NCBI RefSeq assembly: GCF_006345805.1
Contig: NC_043001.1
Coordinates: 70,494,001-70,558,000, forward strand
Direction: 5' to 3'
DNA: 64,000 nt
Origin: Octopus sinensis
Taxonomy: Eukaryota
The translations under genes were made by a program, and so were the position numbers. Of this stretch, positions 1 to 11,983 are shown one piece after another. A model generated the notes under the pieces. The model was given only the letters and a program-made list of their open reading frames with translations. It made no database searches and was not told the DNA's origin. Positions within the stretch are counted from its first letter, which is position 1. The number at the start of each line of letters is the position of its first letter.

Positions 1-540
1 ACTGCTGTGAAGTATGCGTGTAAGATAGAAATGTATTCCTCACGTGTCCATTTATGTCTTTTGGGTTTTATTTGCGGGACATGAGGAACAACGTCCGGCC
101 CATTATTTTGACGGTTTTCATTTTCGTAGGGTACTGGTCCGTTCATTTCTGTTGTCACATTGTTTTGCACGTGTAGTTTTTCGTACATTTTGTGTTGTAA
201 GTTTAAAGTACGTACCGCTCGATTGTTATTCTTGGGTTGAATAATATCGGTGGCATTTAATTTCTTCGTAGTTCCTTTGTACATGGTGTTTGGGGTCGGG
301 GATGATCTGGTGTTGATGGATCGTAATGGTCCACGCATGTTTACATGTGTTGTGTTAGAGGTGGAGATGATATCGAGTCAAAATACATCATTTCGTTTCG
401 AAAATAGTAATAAATTTCAATTAGTATTACTTACTCGGATACAGTCCAAACATTTGTAAGTAAATCTTTGGCTCCATACGATGTCCTTGTTTTCGATGTT
501 TGTGGATAGATTTCGGAGTTCTGTTTTATCCTTCTTACAT
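1..540 (-). mobile_element. 5' end (UTR plus ORF start) of an RLE-clade R4/Dong-like non-LTR retrotransposon, continuing beyond the left edge
   Basis: The minus strand ends in ...KRHKWTREEYISILHAYFTA, nearly identical at protein and DNA level to the N-terminus of the LINE at 49050-51295 (KHKWTREEYISILHAYFTA), which carries an RT domain. Confidence 0.8.
3..338 (-). CDS. Partial (3'-open) N-terminus of LINE ORF, 112 codons with no stop
   Basis: Manual translation from the ATG at 338: MRGPLRSINTRSSPTPNTMYKGTTKKLNATDIIQPKNNNRAVRTLNLQHKMYEKLHVQNNVTTEMNGPVPYENENRQNNGPDVVPHVPQIKPKRHKWTREEYISILHAYFTA. It is absent from the ORF track because it runs off the window edge. Confidence 0.7.
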   Translation of the reverse strand, partial: MRGPLRSINTRSSPTPNTMYKGTTKKLNATDIIQPKNNNRAVRTLNLQHKMYEKLHVQNNVTTEMNGPVPYENENRQNNGPDVVPHVPQIKPKRHKWTREEYISILHAYFTA

Positions 541-658
541 CTTAAACGTCCCCCGGTGTATTCTTCTTAAACGTCGCCCGGTGTATTCTTCTTAAACGTC
601 CCCCGGTGTATTCTTCTTAAACGTCCCCCGGTGTATTCTCTCTTAAACGTCCCCCGGT

Positions 659-663
<5 letters not shown>
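541..663. repeat. Five tandem copies of a 25-bp unit CTTAAACGTCCCCCGGTGTATTCTT
   Basis: Units start at 541, 566, 591, 616 and 642, with one substitution and one 1-nt insertion. Confidence 0.95.
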
Positions 664-752
<89 letters not shown>

Positions 753-757
753 CATCA
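661..757. repeat. (ATT)n microsatellite
   Basis: About 30 perfect ATT units. Confidence 0.98.
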
Positions 758-1024
758 TTGTCTATGCATAGCTTCTAATGCTGGAGATGTACTACGTTGC
801 CAGCTGTTCACTACTAGTGAACTAATGTAATATCCCTTATTTTTCGAGCACCAGTCGGAGTATTCGAGCGGGCATACTATATCTATAGTCCAACACCATT
901 TACTTTCTTTCTCAATTAACGCTATGTCTGGTCTCCTATTCTCTATCTCATGGTCGCACTGAATCATAAAATCCCATAGGAGCTTTGCATTATCATTTTC
1001 TATTATGCTTTTGAGTTTATGTTC

Positions 1025-1027
<3 letters not shown>
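755..1027 (-). mobile_element. 5'-truncated 3' end of an R4/Dong-like LINE (restriction-like endonuclease fragment plus 3' UTR)
   Basis: Translates as IENDNAKLLWDFMIQCDHEIENRRPDIALIEKESKWCWTIDIVCP, the RPD...D motif of an RLE domain. Bounded by (CTA)n at 1024-1074 and (ATT)n at 661-757. Confidence 0.85.
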
Positions 1028-1074
<47 letters not shown>

Positions 1075-2699
1075 GTCGTAATTTGAGATAGCTGAACATA
1101 TTTCTTCTGGCTCACTGTTATGGTGAGGTTTATTATCAAGAGAAACTACATGGTAAAGTATTTTTGAGACATGAGCTCAACATTAGAGAGGTATAAATAG
1201 TATCAATAGTTTTGCATTAATTCTTTCGCATGTGTTATCAAACTTATTTTTAGTTTTTTTAAGAGAACAAAAGCTGTTTAACCATATGTAAACAAGCAAA
1301 TTGGCTTTTGTTTGGGCGTTGCGTTGTTAGAAATCTTAGATCGTTGGCTTTTCTGCTCTTCAGAACTGATTTAATATCTCATCTCTTCAGTGTCAACGAT
1401 ATTAAGTACTATTGAAATAGTGAAGCAAATATAATCCGCACTTCAATTCTATAAAATTTAAAGCAGAAACAATTACCGTTGTTGTTTTTCTTGTTACTAT
1501 TGCTGTTGGTGTTATTGATGCTATTTAAAAATGAAGAAAATATGCATTTTTCTGGCAGAAAATCTACTGAGTTTCACAAAGGCATTATTAGGAATTGGCG
1601 GTTAAGAATTCCGCTATGCAGTCACGTGGTTTCGAGTTTAGTTCTAATGTGCGTCAGCTTGGGCAAGCGTCTTCTGCTATATCCCTGGGTCGACCAATGT
1701 ATTGTGAGTAAATTTGGTGCACGGAAACAGTGTAGAAAACTGTCATGTATATATGTGTATGAGCGTGCGTGCGTGCGCGCGTATACTGTTGTGTTTGTTC
1801 CCATAACCGCATTAACAATCTGTGTTGTTTTGTTAGTGATTTGGAAAAAAAAAAGTGTCCGATAGAATATTAGTTTTTGAAGACAAATACGTACTCGGTT
1901 CATTTTCAAGATGTTGCCCCACGCTCTAATGATTAACCAAGTAAAACATAAAGATGTCGAGAAGGCTGGATATGGTAAATGCTATAGAGTATGTTTCGGT
2001 GAGAATCTAAAAATGCCAATGTGATGTGAGTGACTGCAATTAGAATTAGTAGAATATGTTTGAGATACTTCAGTTCTTGAAGTGCAATTACTGATTACAC
2101 CCCCCCCCCATGCACACACACACACACACACACACATTTCTAGTATTTTGACAATATAGAAATAATTGTTTATTTTTCATATTTCTTTCGATATTTGCCT
2201 TGCAGTATTTCTCTACAATTTCAGTTTAAATACGCTCATGGCATGCTTCATTTTCATCCTTCCACTGTCAAAAAGAATAAATTTACATTCAAGTACATGT
2301 GTTGGTGGTTGTAACTAACTAAGTCTGTTGTCCTAAAGGAGAAAAAATAATGGCCATAATATATATGGATATATACTAAACATTGAGATGCAAGGTTCAG
2401 GTTTAAACAGGTCTAAGAGTACTTGTGCTTAGTATTCTCGAGTAAACCGTAATCATATGATTGACTCTAAGTAGCTCAAATCTTATTTAGACAAATCTTA
2501 CGAATATTTCATTTGACATCTCTACAGATACAGAGAATTTCGGAGTTTATGATTCTAATATTGCTTTTAAAATATTGCTACAACTTCATAATTTTAGTTG
2601 TTTAGGGTATATTCAACTATATATTGCTACAGACTCGTACATTTTTTTTTCAACTAAATGTGCCACACCGTGTATTTATATTATATGTATTATTGATGC

Positions 2700-3130
2700 A
2701 TAAAAGCAAAGAGGCAAAACGTTTTAAAAGAACCATAACTAAACACTGATATTGCAACATCCAGTATTCTCATCGATTCTACAACGGCATATTGAATGTT
2801 ATTGTTATCATAAATTACAGAGAGACGGATTAGTCGAATAACTACACCGGTGCACAAAAAGGCGTTGGAATTATTTCAATGAATCGATGAACGTTCTGGG
2901 ATTGAAACTACATTGACCCAAGTTTGACTTAATATTTTACCATTCCGAAGCCAATAAAATACATATCAATCAAGTATTGATTAATATATTTCGTTATATT
3001 CCCTTGCTGACTTCCCGTATAAGTGTGACCTTGTACCTATATGAGAAATCATTAATATTAATTCCACAAGACCAGAATATTCGGTAAATGTTAAAAGCGG
3101 GCTCACATCTCTTGGAATCAATAGATAACT
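2700..3130 (+). mobile_element. Possible highly decayed Penelope-like element C-terminus (GIY-YIG region)
   Basis: AAGTGTGACCTTGTACCTATATGAGAAATCATTAATA near 3022 reads KCDL(C)LYEKSLI across a frameshift, resembling the PLE C-terminal CxLCLxEK motif. Confidence 0.35.
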
Positions 3131-3208
3131 TCTACAGCATGCGTTTGTTTTATCTATTTATATATCTAAACGTTTGCATTCGAAAGTATAAGCTGCATGG
3201 ATAAATGC

Positions 3209-3254
<46 letters not shown>

Positions 3255-3295
3255 GGGGAGAGAGAGAGAGAGAGTGAGAATAATGCGTGTGTATG

Positions 3296-3339
<44 letters not shown>

Positions 3340-3359
3340 CACGCGCACACACACACCCG

Positions 3360-4615
3360 TACAAAAGTGGGCTGAAAAGTTCAAAGGTTGACTATGAAGG
3401 AGTGCTGCATGATGCTGGAGCTGTTAAATATTGCCTGCATGAATGTCAGCCCTTTTAATTTATAACTGAATTGTTTTCTCTTTTAAGGTAAACTGACATT
3501 TCATTGTTCAAAGAAGACATGAAAAGTAACTAGTAGCGACTTCTCTTGAAAATTGGCAAATTTTGGCTTCGTAGTGCATTCAAGTACCTATAGGGAAAAG
3601 GTTTAGATCTCAAGGATATTCATACTGACGTGGTTGCTACATTCGGGTTTGACACTCCAGCTTTATCAACAGTGCGAAGGTAGTCAGCTGACTTTAGGAG
3701 AACGGAGTCTTCAAGATGACCCAGGGTCTGGACATCATACAACTGCCACCAACGAGGATAATATTCATCGTGTTCACCACATACTGATGGATGACAGGCG
3801 ATTAGCTATAAATCGAATAGCCAATGCTATTAGCATAGCCCATAGAAAAATCTAGAATAGTCTGTACAATGAACCTGGTGTGACGAAGGTCTCTGCTCGG
3901 TGGATGCCACATCTGACACCTGATCAAAAGCGCAACAAGTGGGTCATAATACAGGAATATATGACATTGTCTTAAGGAGATCCAGTTGGTTTATTTGAAC
4001 GTTTCCTAACCCCGGATGAATGCTGGCTCCATGACGTTAAGCCAGAGATGAAGCGATAAGCAATACAGTAGAAATACCTCTTCCAATCTGCTCCAAAGAA
4101 AGCCAGGTTGTTTCTTGACAAGAAAGGTGATGGGCTCAGATGTTTGGGATCCCAGAGGCATTTTATTTATTGGCACAATCTTGAAAATGGCCGCACTATC
4201 ATCGGAAAGTATTATGCCAATTTGCAGAGGCAATCATGGAAGACTATCAAGACCAAATACCCAGAAAAACTGAGAAAGGGTATTTTTTCATCAGGAGAAT
4301 GCTCCAGCAAACAAGTTCTTGATCTCAATGGTTACTGTGCGTGACTGTGGCTTTGAACTGGTTGATTTGGCCCCATCTGTCCTCAAAATTAAAAAAAAAG
4401 GCACTTAGCTGGGAACCAGTACCGCAGTGATAATAACGTCGTAACTGATTTTTTTTAACAAAATGAAGGCTTCTTCACAAAAGGGTTCTAAACACTGCAA
4501 CAATAATTGATGAAATGTGTGGTCCGGAAGGGGAATTATGTGGAAAAATAAACCTGATTGAGTCACATCCCATGAGAATAGCTTGGTGAGACTATGAACT
4601 TTACAGTCGGGCCTA
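3360..4615 (+). mobile_element. Decayed mariner (Tc1/mariner) transposon
   Basis: ORF 3634-3855 resembles the mariner HTH region (ERSLQDDPGSGHHTTATNEDNIHRVHHILMDDRRLAINRIANAISI). SARWMPHLTPDQKR (WVPxxL-like) lies near 3890, DECWLH near 4015 and DLAPS near 4365. Degenerate TIRs are GGGCTGAAAAGTTC (3369) and GAACTTTACAGTC (4596). Confidence 0.85.
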
Positions 4616-5045
4616 CTGGCAGCGTGGTAAGAAGCTTGCTTCCCATCCACATGGTTCCACATTCTGCCCCACTCCGTGGCTCCTTCGATGGCTGTCTTCG
4701 ACTATAGCCTCGGGCTGACCAAGTCGTTGTGACTGGATTTGATAAACGGAAAGAACCCGTCGTATACATACATATATATATATATGTGGTGGGGTATGTT
4801 TATGTATATGCATATATTTGTGCGTGTATGTGTGTATGCTGGTAGTGGGGTTGTCTGTGTTTGTCTACCCCACTACCACTTGACAACCGGTGCTAATGAC
4901 TACGTCCCCGTAATTGAGTAAGAACAGGGCGTTAAAACAAAAGGTACTGGAGCCGATTCATTAGACTAGAACAAGCAATTCTTCTTCATTGTGGTGCCTC
5001 AACATGACAGCGGTCTAATGACTGAAACAAGAGATAAAAGATAAA
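4616..5045 (+). mobile_element. tRNA-derived SINE family A (CORE-like), diverged copy
   Basis: GTGGTAAGAAGCTTGCTTCCC head, CTATAGCCTCGGGCTGACC body, internal TA/TG tract and GACTGAAACAAG...AAAAGATA tail. Multiple copies occur in the window. Confidence 0.85.
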
Positions 5046-5959
5046 TGATATGTATATATATATATATATACAAACTATGGGTGTTTCGTTCACAGGTAAT
5101 CTAAACGACCAGGTACGCTGAGTAAGTGCTAACACGGATTACCAGGCTCCACGCTCATAGCCGAGACGGGGGTTATGGAACTATAGTATATTTCTGATAT
5201 AGCGGATATACATATTTGTTTAAGAGGACAACAAACGCTAAGAGAAGGCAAACTTCTCAAGTCATATTTGTTATCATTTTTAGAAAAATTTAAAATCTTA
5301 CAACTGTTTCTGGGATATCCCAAAATATGGGATATTCCGTCATCGGAGACAAATAGGGAAAATATGAAGAGTATAGATTAAGGAAACGATAAAATAAAAG
5401 ACTGGAGGAAAAAGAAATAAAGAAATGAAGAAAAAAAAGGAAACATAAAAGTTCACAGCTCAACTTTCCGGTAGTGTAGATGCTAGTATATAAGACTTTA
5501 GGTGCAATCCTATGTAAATCCAGGTATGATTATAGCCTTCCTAGTGTAAATATCTCGAGAAATGTAACGTATCGATGGTTCGTAAGAGAATGATAGCAGA
5601 AGTGGCAATTAAGGGATAAAGAGAAAGAAAAATAAATATAAAGAGTGAGAGAGAGAGAGGCGGGTATTGGTAGGGGATCTGGAGGTACAAAGAGAGGAGG
5701 TGGAATGCTGTGCATTGGCAAGGATTGGTATGAAAAATATTTTTTATATTCCTTATTTTATTATTTCTATCAATCCTTGCCATTGTCCTGTCAATTACAT
5801 TCTTCCTCCTCTCCAGAAACAGCTATAAGACTTAAAAGTTTTCTAATAATGATAACATATATGACTTGAGATGTTTGTCTTGCCTTAGCGTTTGCTGTCC
5901 CCTTTAATATGTGCGCGTGTATATATATATATATATATACACACACACATTGTTTATTT

Positions 5960-6112
5960 TATATCATTGTTTCTTTCTGTGTTCCTTTCTGTAGAATAGC
6001 GTTGGCTTGAAACGTTAAAGACTTTTTCACTTCTCGAGCGTTAAACTAATACATCTGTTTGTTGTCTACACCACCTGTCTTCGTCTTTCGATTTTTGGGA
6101 ATTCTCCCTATA
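5960..6112 (+). repeat. Interspersed repeat with a decayed minimal hammerhead-like motif; its 3' part recurs at about 41165-41255
   Basis: CTCGAGCGTTAAACTAATA...CACCTGTC is shared by both copies. CTTT-CTGTAGA-[AGC GTTG GCT]-GAAACGTT-AAAG lies at 5985-6020. Confidence 0.6.
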
Positions 6113-6117
6113 TATAT

Positions 6118-6171
<54 letters not shown>

Positions 6172-6814
6172 TGTACATATGTGTGATTGTGTGCTCATGT
6201 ATGCGTGTGTGCGTGAGTCAGTAAGAGCTTCAAGATAGAAGTAGGTTTCATAGAAATGTTAAATTTCAGTAGTTAAAAAGTTAGTTATGTTTCAAGATAT
6301 ACTGGTACGTTTGTAAACGTGTTTGTTGCAGCAATATAATATGTACCAATCATACATACGTACCAATCAATATGATAGGTACCAGTCGTTACAGTCGACT
6401 CTGCTTACAAATATTTAGTCTACATCGTTAGTTTGTAGACATGATTAACTGGATGAAATACTATATAGTAGACTACACTGTCCTCCATATTAATTATATT
6501 GTTGAAATGTCAGATTGGAAGAAAGGCAATACATAAATACCTTGTGGTATTTATGTATTGTCTTTTGCATCTGAGTTCTATTCCTGTCAGATCTTGAACA
6601 AATACTCGTAAGTTGTAAACTTCGGTCAATGTTAATTAAGTACACCATTTCAAAAAATATCTAGAACCTTTGTACTTAAAAGAGGAATGAATATTTTCTT
6701 CTGTCTTTATATGGTTTCTTGAAGGAATTGCCAAAGATGAACTTTAAATGTCATCATCTGGAGCAAATAAAATATATAAATTATATTATATGTCGACCAT
6801 TCTTAACGCACAAA

Positions 6815-7010
6815 ACCTGATGGTCAGGGCGTTGTACTTATGATCGGAAGAACGTGGTTCCGATTCTTGGACTAGGAGGTGCGTCATGCACTTGGACTAA
6901 ACATATAATTTCACGTTATTGCATTAATTTCACTCAGGTGTAAATGCATAACCTTGCTACAGATTAGCGACACGTTTAGGAAGCGTGTTGTAATCTTGAT
7001 CATTTAAACG
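6815..7010 (+). mobile_element. Old CORE-type SINE remnant
   Basis: tRNA-like head followed by ATTTCACGTT...CACTCAGGTGTAAATG, similar to the copy at 17283. Confidence 0.5.
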
Positions 7011-7109
7011 GATTAGAAATCAAGCAACCAACTCCGTAATCCTAGGACACAACACAGTAATTACTCCATTATTAAAGATAAACTAAATTGACAATATTCC
7101 TTAACTAAA

Positions 7110-7500
7110 AGGGTGGTGAGCTGGCAGAATCGTTTGCATGCTGGGCGAAACGCTTAGCGGTATTTCGTCTGCCGTTACGTTCTGAGTTCAGATTCCGCCG
7201 AGGTTGACTTTGCCTTTCATCCTTTCGGGGTCGATAAATTAAGTACCAGTTACGCACTGGGGTCGATATAATCGACTTATCAGTTTGTCTGTTCTTGTTT
7301 CTCCTCTCTGTGTTTAGCCACTTGTGGGTAGTAAAGAAATAGGTATTTCGTCTGCTGTTACATTCTTAGTTCAAATTCCGCCGAGGTCGACTTCGCTTTT
7401 CATCCTTTCGGGGTTGATTAATCAAGTACCAGTTACAATCCGTTTGTCTGTCCTTGTTTGTCCCGTCTATGTATAGCCCCCTGTGGGCAATAAGGAAATA
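7110..7500 (+). mobile_element. tRNA-derived SINE family B with a tandemly duplicated body
   Basis: GGTGAGCTGGCAGAATCG head. The block GAGTTCAAATTCCGCCGAGGTCGACTTTGCCTTTCATCCTTTCGGGGTCGAT...AAGTACCAG occurs twice (about 7160-7340 and 7342-7500). Confidence 0.9.
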
Positions 7501-8170
7501 AATATCCCTTACCTAAAGATCAGTGTTGATAAACTAAGAATTTGAACAGAAGAAAATATGACCTGTTTGAATTCAAGAGGCCAGCGTTTCCATTCTATGT
7601 TGTTTATATGTTACACCAATTATGTCAAGTGCTTTAATAGGGTGGGGTTTCACTCATGAAATATTGCCTATCAGCGATATTGCATTAATTTTGATAATGA
7701 CGTCACTGTATTTCTGTTATTTCAATTGGTCACTCTTAGTCTTGCCAACTGTGCAGCATAGGCTTCATCGTGGAAGTTTTATAAGACTGGAATATGCCAC
7801 CAGTTGGATTTATAGACAACTATCAGCATCGCTTATATTCTTGATAAGAACATTTATAAAACAGGTGTGATGGGAGATAAATTCCATACTCCGTTAACAT
7901 CAAGCCTTCATGGCATTGTTTTCCATCAGCCTTATACACAAACACACACACACTCAAACACACATGCATACACATATCCTTACATATATACATACACAAA
8001 CATATATACGTTCATATATATACGTATATGTATATATATATAAATATATATAAAACACGTAAACACATATACACACGTAGAAGCACAAGCACACATACAC
8101 ATACACACATATATGTACATAGTGAATCTTATGTATATTATATATCTAGGCATGTATGGATGCACAGTTA

Positions 8171-8211
<41 letters not shown>

Positions 8212-8739
8212 CACACACACATATATATATGTATGTGTATGTGTGTGTATGTGTTTGGGTGTACTTATTAATGCGTATATACATACGTAGGTTCATGCAT
8301 GGCTGTCATGTATCTGTGTATCTTAAAAAAGCTAAATTTCAAGAACGTTTTACATATTTTGAGAGTTCTTTCGGTAGCTTGTATGTAAAATCTGATTAGG
8401 AATGGTTATCCTTGTTTTGTAAATCTCTTCTTAACAAAACTGGTGGTGAGAATATTCGTCACGGAATGTATGGTCAGTCTCTGGTCAATTTTAATTAAAT
8501 ATAACTTTGATAGAATAGCTTTACTCCTTATGCTTATGTGAGAAATCAAGATTTACTTCTGTCTCAATACGATCTGAGATCAAATTCTGCTAAGTTAAAA
8601 TGTATTATGTAGGGCAGCTAAATTATGTAGCATGTACGTACACACACACACACACGCATATACACACGCATACACGCATACATGCATATATATATATATG
8701 TGTGTTTGTATGTGTGTGTGTGTGTGTGTGTCTGTGTCT

Positions 8740-8777
<38 letters not shown>

Positions 8778-9225
8778 CAACAAAAGCGCAATAGAGGGCA
8801 ATAAAACATCCGGACAGATTGACGATCCACAGGCGGACAGGAAATGCAACAATTAGAGGGACAGACCAAAAAAGAACTTGTGATTCCTGGCCTCCTTTCG
8901 TCATATAAGTTAGCAGATATCCTTACAGTTTCGGGCAGTTACACTTGAAACTGTTTGATCTGGTTACCCCCAAAAACGTCTAAGCTAAGAGCATTAGATG
9001 CTTTGTAAGAAAGCTATCGAATGTGTTCGGCAATAAATGCAAAAAAAAAAAAAAACATGGTACACAATTACATATACAAACAACAAGAATATAGCAATGA
9101 CGAAAGAAGGTTCCGAATGACCCGTCCTTTTTTTTCCTGTCCCTTTAATTGTTTTTCTCGTCCGCCTTTGTATCGTCTCTCTGTGTCCGGATGTTTTATT
9201 GTCCTCTATTGCGCTTTTGTTCCAT
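8778..9225. repeat. Inverted pair of an interspersed repeat (about 130-bp arms); further copies at about 9790-10045 (+) and 12848-13020 (-)
   Basis: AACAAAAGCGCAATAGAGGGCAATAAAACATCCGGAC (8780) is the reverse complement, with one mismatch, of GTCCGGATGTTTTATTGTCCTCTATTGCGCTTTTGTT (9186-9222). Confidence 0.85.
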
Positions 9226-10044
9226 TTTTTATTAAAATAATTATACATATAGCGGCGTACGTACACCTTTGCTCACCTTATAGGAAATATGTATCTAAAC
9301 TTTGTACGATTCTTTTACTCTGTCTTCTAGTCCCCTTCATACTTTCTTCCTCTTTTCTTTTTCACGCTCCCCTTTTTGAACATTTCTTGGCCCTCTCTTT
9401 CTTTAACTCCCACATTTCTTTCTCGTTTATCTACCCTGCATCTTTCCCCTTGTCTGCTTGACTTTTTCTAATCCTTCAATCCCGCTGCCACCAACCACTC
9501 TCTCCTCCTTCCACGTAACTGGTGTTCGGCCAGCCATGGTCTTTCTTTCTTGGGCTGACTACCGACTGCGAAACACCTCTTATGTCCACCTCCTAGGTTT
9601 CTGCCTTAAGGCTTACACTTTGTACACGCCAGCTCAATTTGTTTCGTTCTAAGTCGAAAGACACCTGTTGTTATATTCTTGTTACTTGTATTTGTAATTG
9701 TGTCCCCTGTTCTCCGTTTGTTGTATTTGTTTTTATGCACATTCGCTAACTTTCTTAAAAAGAATCTAATGATTACAAAGAATCTTAGCTTATACTTGGG
9801 CGGGGGGGGGCAGATCGCAGTGTAACTGCCCGAAACTGTAAGGACATCTGGTAACTTGACTGACAAAAGAAGGTCACGGATGACCCGTCCATTTTTTTTC
9901 TGTCCTTCTAATTGTTGCTTTTTCTATCCGCTTTTGTATCGTCTGTCTGCCCGGATTTTTCATTGTCCTCTATTGAGATTTTGTTACATTTTTTTAATAC
10001 TAATATAGACATATAGCGGCCGTACGTACACCTTTGCTCACCTT

Positions 10045-10077
10045 ATATATATTATATATAATATATATTATATATAT

Positions 10078-10122
<45 letters not shown>

Positions 10123-10128
10123 CATACT

Positions 10129-10188
<60 letters not shown>

Positions 10189-10480
10189 CATATATATATA
10201 TTACATACATAATATATATATACATACATATATTATAATATACATATATATATTACATACATATATATACATACATACATATATATACATACATACATAT
10301 ATATATATATATATGTATGTATGTATATATATATATATGCATACATACATACATATATATATATATACATATATATATTCTATATATACATATATATATA
10401 TAACATATATATATGTATATATATGTATATTATTATATATATATATATATACATATATGTATATAAATATATATATATAT

Positions 10481-10517
<37 letters not shown>

Positions 10518-10876
10518 ACATATATATATATATACATACATATATATATATATACATACATATATATAGATATATACTATATATATTAACATACATATAT
10601 AACATACATACATATATATACATACATACATATATCTTATATATATGTATGTATGTATATATATATATTGCATACATACATTACATATATATATTATAAT
10701 ATATCTATATATATATACATATATAATATACCTACATATATTATATATGCTATATATGTATATATATATTATATATATATATATACATATATGTATATAA
10801 ATATATTTATATATATATCTATATATATATATATTAGAAATATATATATATATATATTATATATATATATATATAT
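10045..10876. repeat. About 830-bp compound (TA)n/(TACA)n microsatellite
   Basis: Directly visible; explains the spurious YIYI ORFs. Confidence 0.97.
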
Positions 10877-11278
10877 TCCCTTAGGCAAAGCGAAACTAAT
10901 AACTTGGTGCAGAACTCAATATATATATCGTCTAGAACACAGTGTTATATGAGTATTGCGTGGTAATATAAACAAAGAAATGACACCAGTACAACCAAGT
11001 GTTATGTAATTAACTTTATTACCTTACAGCTGTTTCTGCTATATGTGGTGGATTTTTCTTTGAGTACTAGGATAACATCCTATAGCTTCATCTGAACCTT
11101 GAATACGAAGTACACTTTATTTGGGAAAGTTACATTTTCAGAACATACAGGCGTTATGGGTGAAAAAAACTTCTGTTGATGGTTTTCAACATAAACTTAT
11201 AGCACAAACATTAGCTGTAGCTAATGAAGTTCACTACAATTGGCTTTTCCAGTGTCATCCATTTGTTCGTATGTGTGT

Positions 11279-11322
<44 letters not shown>

Positions 11323-11609
11323 AGTGTGTGTGTGTGTGTGTGTTTGTGTGTGTATTGTTGAATGGATAATGTGTATTGACATTTATGTTAATATAAATCT
11401 CTGGTAATAAGCAGTGAGGTTATATTGTGTAACTTTCTGAATAAGTAAAATAACAATTAGGAAGTTAACTACTTGATTCAAGGTGGCAAGAGGTTAAGAC
11501 TCATAGAGTTAAATATGCCTGCCATATTGAATTCTTTCTATCAGAAACTGTTTTTAAAGACGTAGATGCATACGCGCGTGGCGCACACACACACAGACAC
11601 ATGCATGTA

Positions 11610-11658
<49 letters not shown>

Positions 11659-11942
11659 ACTGATAGATATATTTTATTAAGGGATATATTTGACACGTTG
11701 CGGAGACATGCAGCTGGATAGAGATATATAGACATGCAACACATGTAAGATTATATGCATACGTTTAACGTGTGTTACTTTCAATGGAAATGCATTTGCA
11801 GTTTTCTGCATGAGAATTATAAATTAGATATTCTTATATGTGCTTTGACATGAGCACACACATGTCTGTATGGACGTATGTGTGTGCGCGTGTGTGTGTG
11901 AGTATAAACTTACATGTATTATATATATATATATATATATAT

Positions 11943-11983
<41 letters not shown>

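Noticed and set aside
541-663. CRISPR-like array
   Set aside because: The units are directly adjacent with no unique spacers, and the context is eukaryotic.
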